Shown here: positions 20,801 through 26,762 of the stretch, in pieces
Position numbering within the stretch: position 1 is the first letter of the stretch
Layout: every line of letters starts with the position of its first letter
DNA from: Azolla caroliniana
Lineage: Eukaryota; Plantae; Polypodiophyta
Assembly: GCA_043228905.1 (NCBI GenBank)
Contig: JBHGNT010000420.1
Location: 1-26,762, forward strand
Reading direction: 5' to 3'
DNA: 26,762 nt
The notes under the pieces: model-generated
Database searches by the model: none
Told to the model about the DNA's origin: nothing
The model's input: the letters and a program-made list of their open reading frames with translations, nothing else
Position numbers and translations under genes: made by a program

Positions 20801-23800
20801 CCAGAGTCCAGACTACGATCAACTAACTTTCACATTTAATGTGATAATAAGACCAAACACAATATAAATGTCCACCTTCTTTCTCTTACACTCCGATGTT
20901 GTGACCATTATCTGTGTCAACTAACTCTATAGTCAACCAATTCAGATCCCATATAAGCTCTAAGGTGTAAGCGCATGGGAAGATTACCACTGTGAGCTGC
21001 TCTCATACGTAAGGGAAAATTTGTATTTATACATCTCTATGAGTGCAATTGTATATGTCTATCTAATCGATTCTCAATATTTCTAATCCTCACTAGATAT
21101 TTCGAATATGATAGGGTGATGATCTCACTGCATTGTTCTAAAGTCAAACACTAGTTAGTTTTCGGAAGTGCGTACTCTCAACTCTAAGGTGTAAGCGCAT
21201 GGGAAGATTACCACTGTGAGCTGCTCTCATACGTAAGGGAAAATTTGTATTTATACATCTCTATGAGTGCAACTGTATATGTCTATCTAATCGATTCTCA
21301 ATATTTCTAATCCTCACTAGATATTTCGAATATGATAGTGTGATGATCTCACTGCATTGTTCTAAAGTCAAACACTAGTTAGTTTTCGGAAGTGAGTACT
21401 CTCAACTCTAAGGTGTAAGTGCATGGGAAGATTACCACTGTGAGCTGCTCTCATATGTAAGGGAAAATTTGTATTTATACATCTCTATGAGTGCAACTGT
21501 ATATGTCTATCTAATCAATTCTCCATATTTCTAATCCTCACTAGATATTTCGAATATGATAGTGTGATGATCTCACTGCATTGTTCTAAAGTCAAACACT
21601 AGTTAGTTTTCGGAAGTGCTTACTCTCAACGATGATTGACAAGACAAAATAGGGCTTTTATGAAGGCCCTGAGGGAAGAAGATTGGAATTATAGGTGTTC
21701 GTACCATTACAACATTTTTTTGAGTTCTCTAGGACCTCCGAAATTGTTTATGGCTGTGTCTTCATGCTTACATGGTGTGATATGCAATGATTATGTTCCT
21801 CAGAAGAGAAATTTAATTTTGTGTCTACGGGATTTGTTGTGTTAGTTTGGTTATAAATCACAAATGGCCAATCCTCTTCATTATTTTTAAGGGAAGGTTG
21901 GGGTTCAATTATGTCACCGAGGAGGATCCATGGCTATGCTGTGAGATAACATTTTTCATCCAGGGACCAATTTATTACCTTACAGAGATGACAAAACCTC
22001 AATAATAATAGGTTCTTGTTTTTAATGGGCATACTACACCGCTTTCACATATAAAATATAAGGCACATATGCCATAGCTCTCTATTCACTTAGCTAAGAG
22101 GAATGTGAACTAATTTTTTAGCTATCCAAGGAGATGTTAGGATTACCTCTCACAAGCTTGCAATCATAATGGTGACATTTTTGGTATAACCAATGTTGCT
22201 GGTTCTAATAAATGAAGACGGACACTTGTACCTGCATTTATTGTATCCATGTGATGTCAGCGTGCTAAAACTGATTAAGGCACAAAAGATGTGTTATTCT
22301 TATTCAGAGGTGATATTGTCCTTCAGTCAGCTTGAGAATTTTAGCGAGTGTGTCATTAAAGCATGAGGCCCTTCAAAATCTGGTTAAAACTCTCCCTCTG
22401 ATAAACATCATGTATAAATTTCAGGACTGAAGCTGAATCAGTGGTTCTTTCGATTCTACAAACAGTGATGGGGCCCGGTGAGGCTGTTCCTGGTGCAAGC
22501 TTGCCAGACAATATTATACAAGCTTTTGTTAACACAGCACCTTTTTCTATTAGAAATGACGGGGATGAGGAGTGCATGTCCACTGAAGATTTTCACACAT
22601 GGTGCTTACTTGTACCCTCCATCAAAAAGTTCCTCTCCAGCCTTATGGCTCAACCCTCTCCTGGTAAGCTGTTTTTCTTCATAATTTTCTGTATTTGGAA
22701 AACATTTTCTTTTCTCTTTTACTTTAAGAAGAGAATGCCTTCTTTCGTGTAATAAAAGAATATTTTTTTCTCGGGAAGGTGAACTTTTTATTCACTCTAG
22801 CAAAGGTGATGTGTTCTCTTTTCTTTTCTTTAGGGATGGCTTCTTTTTTTGTGTTGTTTTTAACAGCTCTACGTCTTTTATGACTAATTTGCAGAGCAGA
22901 ATGTGCTGGGTCGTCTAGTTCCTAAACTATCAAAGGTTCCGGAAAATATAAAGCTAGTTTTGAGGAAAGAGTTTGCATGGCACATCTCAGGGGCTCTTCA
23001 ACAACAGGACACAGAAGAGTGGATCCTTCTTTACCACAGTTCTCTCCATGGATTGAGTTTCAACACATTTCTCACTCAATTATCGTATGTTACGCAATAA
23101 TCACATAAGCCAAACTTATCTCTCTCTCTCTCTGATATATATATATATATATATAATCTTTTTAGTGTCTATACTCGTCCCTGTAATGGGAATACGAGAT
23201 ATATGTATGTATGTAAGTGGCCATGCAATGGGTGTGTGAGAAACTTGTGGGATCTTATGTGTGTTTGTGATTATGGAAATATGCATGCATATGCTTATTG
23301 TTGGTCTTTAAGTGTGGAAACAGCTTTGTAGGATCAAGCATTCTCCTAATAAAGGATGAGGAGGGATGTATATTTGGTGGCTTTGCAAGTAACTCGTGGG
23401 ATCGCCATCCTGATTTCTTTGGAGATCTCAAGTCCTTTTTGTTTAGCCTTCAGCCCCGGACAGCCATTTATCGAGCTTCCGGTAGTAATAATAATGTACA
23501 ATGGGTAAGTGAAAATGATTAGTCAAATTTTTCATTAAATTATCTAAATTTCTATTTCATTGAACTAACATAATGCTGAGTCTCATTTTCTTCATTAGAG
23601 GTTGTAATGTATATTTTTTCACTAGATAAGATAGTCTAATTGTTTTTATAGTAATGGTAGTTTCATCTCTTCTATAGTGTGCATCCAATTATACGTCACA
23701 AAGCATACCAAATGGCCTTGGTTTTGGAGGACAAAAAAACCACTTTGGTATATTCATTCCAGCGACCTTCGATAAAGGGTACACATACCCATCTGTGACA

Positions 23801-23986
23801 TTCAATAACCCACTTCTTTCGAAAAAGTCAGAGTTCAGTATTGATGTTATAGAATGTTGGGGAATAGTCTCAGAAAGCGATAGTGATTGTAAGAAAACTA
23901 GCACCCATGGAGGAACGATACTTCAACGCTTTAAAGAAGATCGAAACATGCTTAATATGGTGGGCATTGCAAATGCAAGCGATTAG
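17748..23986 (+). CDS. TLDc-domain protein with N-terminal Gly2 and degenerate EF-hand-like region (At5g06260 / MEAK7-TLDC1-like), 8 exons, 422 aa
   Basis: join(17748-17803,18224-18326,19748-19852,19930-20015,22425-22663,22895-23084,23324-23504,23678-23986) = 1269 nt. All introns GT-AG with consistent phases. TLDc motifs WILLYHSSLHGLSFNTF, LLIKD..G.IFGGFAS..W, FFGDLKSFLF, GLGFGG, DVIECWG. Confidence 0.93.
17807..18165. repeat. Low-complexity (TA)/(TG)/(CATC)/(CATA) microsatellite block in intron 1
   Basis: Read directly. Confidence 0.9.
18224..18326 (+). CDS. TLDc gene exon 2
   Basis: TTTTCCAG acceptor; RFSESEIQDLRALFVSLGSQS...SASVFQ; CAG|GT donor. Confidence 0.9.
19748..19852 (+). CDS. TLDc gene exon 3
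   Basis: AYYGIHGSLGSRLFDLV...YEDLVTAK; TAG acceptor, AAG|GTTAGT donor. Confidence 0.9.
19930..20015 (+). CDS. TLDc gene exon 4
   Basis: AIYEKGSPDEVENFIYQFVDLLGDGLVQ; CAG acceptor, AG|GT donor. Confidence 0.9.
20958..21629. repeat. Head-to-tail triplication, 3 x 224 bp, in intron 4
   Basis: Units start CTCTAAGGTGTAAG at 20958, 21182 and 21406 and differ by only a few substitutions. Confidence 0.97.
22425..22663 (+). CDS. TLDc gene exon 5
   Basis: TEAESVVLSILQTV...MSTEDFHTWCLLVPSIKKFLSSLM; TTTCAG acceptor, G|GTAAG donor. Confidence 0.9.
22895..23084 (+). CDS. TLDc gene exon 6
   Basis: Branch-like CTAAT then TTGCAG acceptor; GRLVPKL...KEFAWHISGAL...EWILLYHSSLHGLSFNTFL; GTATGT donor. Confidence 0.9.
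23119..23154. repeat. (TC)n(AT)n microsatellite in intron 6
   Basis: Read directly. Confidence 0.9.
23324..23504 (+). CDS. TLDc gene exon 7
   Basis: AACAG is the only nearby phase-compatible acceptor; SSILLIKDEEGCIFGGFAS...NNNVQW; GTAAGT donor. Confidence 0.88.
23678..23986 (+). CDS. TLDc gene exon 8 (to stop)
   Basis: CASNYTSQSIPNGLGFGG...DVIECWG...GTILQRFKEDRNMLNMVGIANASD*; AATAAA at 24044. Confidence 0.92.
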   Translation, partial: CASNYTSQSIPNGLGFGGQKNHFGIFIPATFDKGYTYPSVTFNNPLLSKKSEFSIDVIECWGIVSESDSDCKKTSTHGGTILQRFKEDRNMLNMVGIANASD

Positions 23987-24267
23987 ATTTTTTATTTGAC
24001 CACTATCTTGTTACGAATTTTTGTTGAAAGAAATTCCTTTGTGAATAAATAAATAGACTTTAATGAGTTTTTTTATTAAAGTATAATGATCATGCAAAAT
24101 AGAATCATACTAAGATATCATCCTGATTGCAATGTGTGGATTCTCATGGTAATGATTCAAACTTTTTCAACTTTTGTACAAATGATTGTCATTCCAATTT
24201 ATTCTATATAAATAAAACTGCCCAATTATATAGAGGGAGGGAGATGGGAGAATATTTAAAATATTAA

Positions 24268-24460
24268 GAACTACATATCTATCATAATCTGATTGTAACC
24301 ATTACCATTGTTCCAACCCTAACTACATATCAGTCAGAATTTGATTTTGACAATCAACGTAGATATGATATATGTGATTCTAACGCTAACTATATATCAA
24401 CCAGAATATGATTTTGACCATCAATGCATATATGCAGTATGTGATTTGAAACCTAACTAT
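24268..24460. repeat. Degenerate tandem repeat (about 52-67 bp units, AACTAyATATC..CAGAAT.TGATTTTGAC)
   Basis: Related units near 24268, 24320, 24386 and a partial unit at 24453. Confidence 0.7.
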
Positions 24461-24868
24461 GTTAGAATGTGTTTCTAACCTTATGGACATACAATATATG
24501 TATTTGCATATCTGAGTCTAAACCTAAAAGGAAACATATGTTTGTTAACCATCATTGCATATTTGTTAGCATCTCATGCTAACCAAAACCATGATTATGC
24601 GTGTGCCTTAAATGTATGAATATTTGACTATCCGTAAATGATTCAAAAATCTTACATGTTAGATTGTGATTTGCATGATATCTTGGTGTGTGACTCTAAT
24701 GACATTGCCCTAATCAGCAAGAAAACAAAATTTATCAGGAGTTTGTTTAAAAGATAAATAAATAAAACCATAGATATATTTATAACTACTTAGATGAAGA
24801 GGTAATTGAGGCCCTAATGTAAACTGGTTGTATGGAAACACCTTGATTTTTGTATTTTCTAGTTGATG

Positions 24869-25274
24869 CTAGAACTTTTTGTATTTGCATGGGCAATGCT
24901 CAATGTGTTTGAAGTTTGATGCCATACTAGGGATGATGAGAGAGTGTATTGACATTAAAGGTCCAAACATGAATGTACAATACCCTATGTAACTCTGTGT
25001 GCCCTAGAACTTTTTGTATTTGCATGGGCAATGCTCAATGTGTTTGAAGTTTGATGCCATACTAGGGATGATGAGGGAGTGTATTGACATTAAAGGTCCA
25101 AACATGAATGTACGATACCCTATGTAACTCTGTGTGCCCTAGAACTTTTTGTATTTGCATGGGCAATGCTCAATGTGTTTGAAGTTTGATGCCATACTAG
25201 GGATGATGAGGGAGTGTATTGACATTAAAGGTCCAAACATGAATGTACAATACCCTATGTAACTCTGTGTGCCC
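24869..25274. repeat. Head-to-tail triplication, 3 x 135 bp
   Basis: Units start CTAGAACTTTTTGTATTTGC at 24869, 25004 and 25139; only two variable positions seen. Confidence 0.97.
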
Positions 25275-25408
25275 AAATTTGAAAATGTGGACATTCCAAT
25301 ATTTTACCCCACATACCAAATGATATGTACCTTTAAAACCCACACAGTAAAGAAACAACTAAAACAATATATCTAGTTAGCTATTTTGCCTTCTTAGCTA
25401 CATGTTCG

Positions 25409-25564
25409 CTATAATAATGTTTTGATTCCCATGCCTTCACCCAAGTAAAATATATCCTTTACATCATTCCATAAGGCCATGCCAAAACTATAATAGTGTT
25501 TCCATTCCCATGCTTTCACCCAAGTAAAATATCTTTTATAATATTCCATAAGGCAACGCCAAAA
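25409..25564. repeat. Diverged 79-bp tandem duplication
   Basis: CTATAATA...ATTCCCATGCyTTCACCCAAGTAAAATAT...ATTCCATAAGGC...GCCAAAA occurs twice. Confidence 0.85.
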
Positions 25565-25659
25565 TAAGTCCATTAATGTCTTTTTTTTTTCTTTCAAAGA
25601 TTTTCCTCATTAGTATTAAGAAAAACATGTGAATGCTTGGTAGTCTCCTGCGCTTCATG

Positions 25660-26075
25660 GCAAAAGTCACATTGTCGAAGATCGGGTGTTATATTCCCTT
25701 TCAATGAGTTCCATTAATGTCTTTTTATCTAAAGGAATATCACAATCCAAAAGGCAAAAACATGCCATTTATCTTTGAGATAGGATCTCCTTGTCATAAC
25801 CTTCAAATCTTGTTGGTCATCATTCTCACATAGTTCGTATCTCCAAAACCTGATTGAAAATTCTTGATATAAACATCAAAGTCTTTAATTAAACATGAAT
25901 TCTTTTCTAGTAACGATACCAACTATGCTAGTGTTTTTCTTGTCAATAAGGTTCCAACCAACTTAACTTGAGTTGCATCCATTCGATGTTAGTTAGCTAG
26001 CATACGAACCACAAAATGCATTGCTTTTAGGAATACTTGAAACTAGGATCAAGGACCATTGAAATTTTGGAGAAC
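25660..26075 (-). mobile_element. Ty3/gypsy gag remnant (PEG10/RTL1-like capsid type)
   Basis: Minus frame LQNFNGP*S*FQVFL...DATQVKLVGTLLT..TLA*LVSLLEKNS.LIKDFD...FGDT...TNKI*RL*QG...CDI..D...LME follows the gag pattern LPxKFDG.R..F..F...QV...GTLL.G.AL.W..PLLE..S. Confidence 0.7.
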
Positions 26076-26762
26076 ATGTATGCTCTTAACTCGTGTTCTT
26101 CTATTATTACACTTCTTTGTTTTGAATGATGAAATGATGGAATTGTATTAGGCGAAATAATGATTGTAACACTTGTGATGAGTGTCTATACAAAACTTGG
26201 CGTTAAGCCATATTTGTTCTAATCACAAATGTATCCTTTCGTGAAGAGGTGTCTCTTCGTGTTTGTGACTTTTGACATTGTGTTAACTGACTCCAAGAGT
26301 TGGCGAAGTGGTATCATGTGATATGTTGGTATCTATGCCCCAAAAAACACCTTGTTGCACCTTAATGATACTTCTATTTCCTTTTCCCTATAAATTTGAC
26401 ATATTTGTATTTACATTGAAAAAATGGGTTCAAATACACCTTTTTCCATTTAAGCTTGGAGTATTTCAACTCTCATGCCCAATTATAATTAAAGAATGCT
26501 ATGTAAATAAAAGAGAGAGAGAGAGATGCAAATATTGAACACTAAAAGATAAGACCCTACTACCAAAATTGATAAAAATGTAGGATCGTGAATAGGCAAG
26601 TTGTTTGGAATATCATTTTTTCATGGAGAAAGGTTTGTTTGAAATAAGATTAAAACTTATTTTCTACATTTCCATAAGCATTCCAATGACATATAGTTAA
26701 CTACTTGCACTTGCATACAAATAAAAGACATGTAGATGTGAAAACACTTAACAAACTCTTGG

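Noticed and set aside
21110-21200. Box C-like GTGATGA in the intronic 224-bp unit (possible snoRNA cluster)
   Set aside because: No CTGA box D in the unit.
24927-25007. C/D snoRNA-like look of the 135-bp unit (CTAGGG-ATGATGA ... CCCTAG)
   Set aside because: The box D position reads CTGT rather than CTGA, the closing stem depends on the repeat junction, and I see no recognisable rRNA guide.
20958-25274. Repeat arrays as CRISPR-like structures
   Set aside because: Units are contiguous with no unique spacers, the context is eukaryotic, and there are no cas genes.

Overview
AT-rich, microsatellite-rich land-plant nuclear DNA. A fern-like origin is my inference from the TE types and composition only. 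There are two credible host genes. (1) A GC-rich ORF at 5666-6448 (+) encodes a single-pass membrane protein of a plant-specific uncharacterised family (GP-hydrophobic-GRxC...YDFEGWIExxCxxCIDG), with an unusual Met-rich N-terminal extension and a KPA/poly-Pro tail. (2) An 8-exon gene at 17748-23986 (+) encodes a 422-aa protein with an N-terminal Gly2, degenerate EF-hand-like region and TLDc domain (At5g06260/MEAK7-like). The rest is a transposon graveyard: a Ty1/copia pol remnant interrupted by an internally deleted chromovirus with a perfect GAAGG target-site duplication, a second 5'-truncated copia with PPT and 3' LTR fused to a Ty3/gypsy gag remnant, an L1 LINE 3' end, another gypsy gag remnant, faint MULE/hAT traces, a candidate tRNA-derived SINE, a 26-30 bp hairpin, and two near-identical head-to-tail triplications (3x224 bp, 3x135 bp). 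I found no convincing novel multi-gene system. The best leads are the candidate SINE, the repeat-built termini of the membrane protein, and the nested retrotransposon structure.
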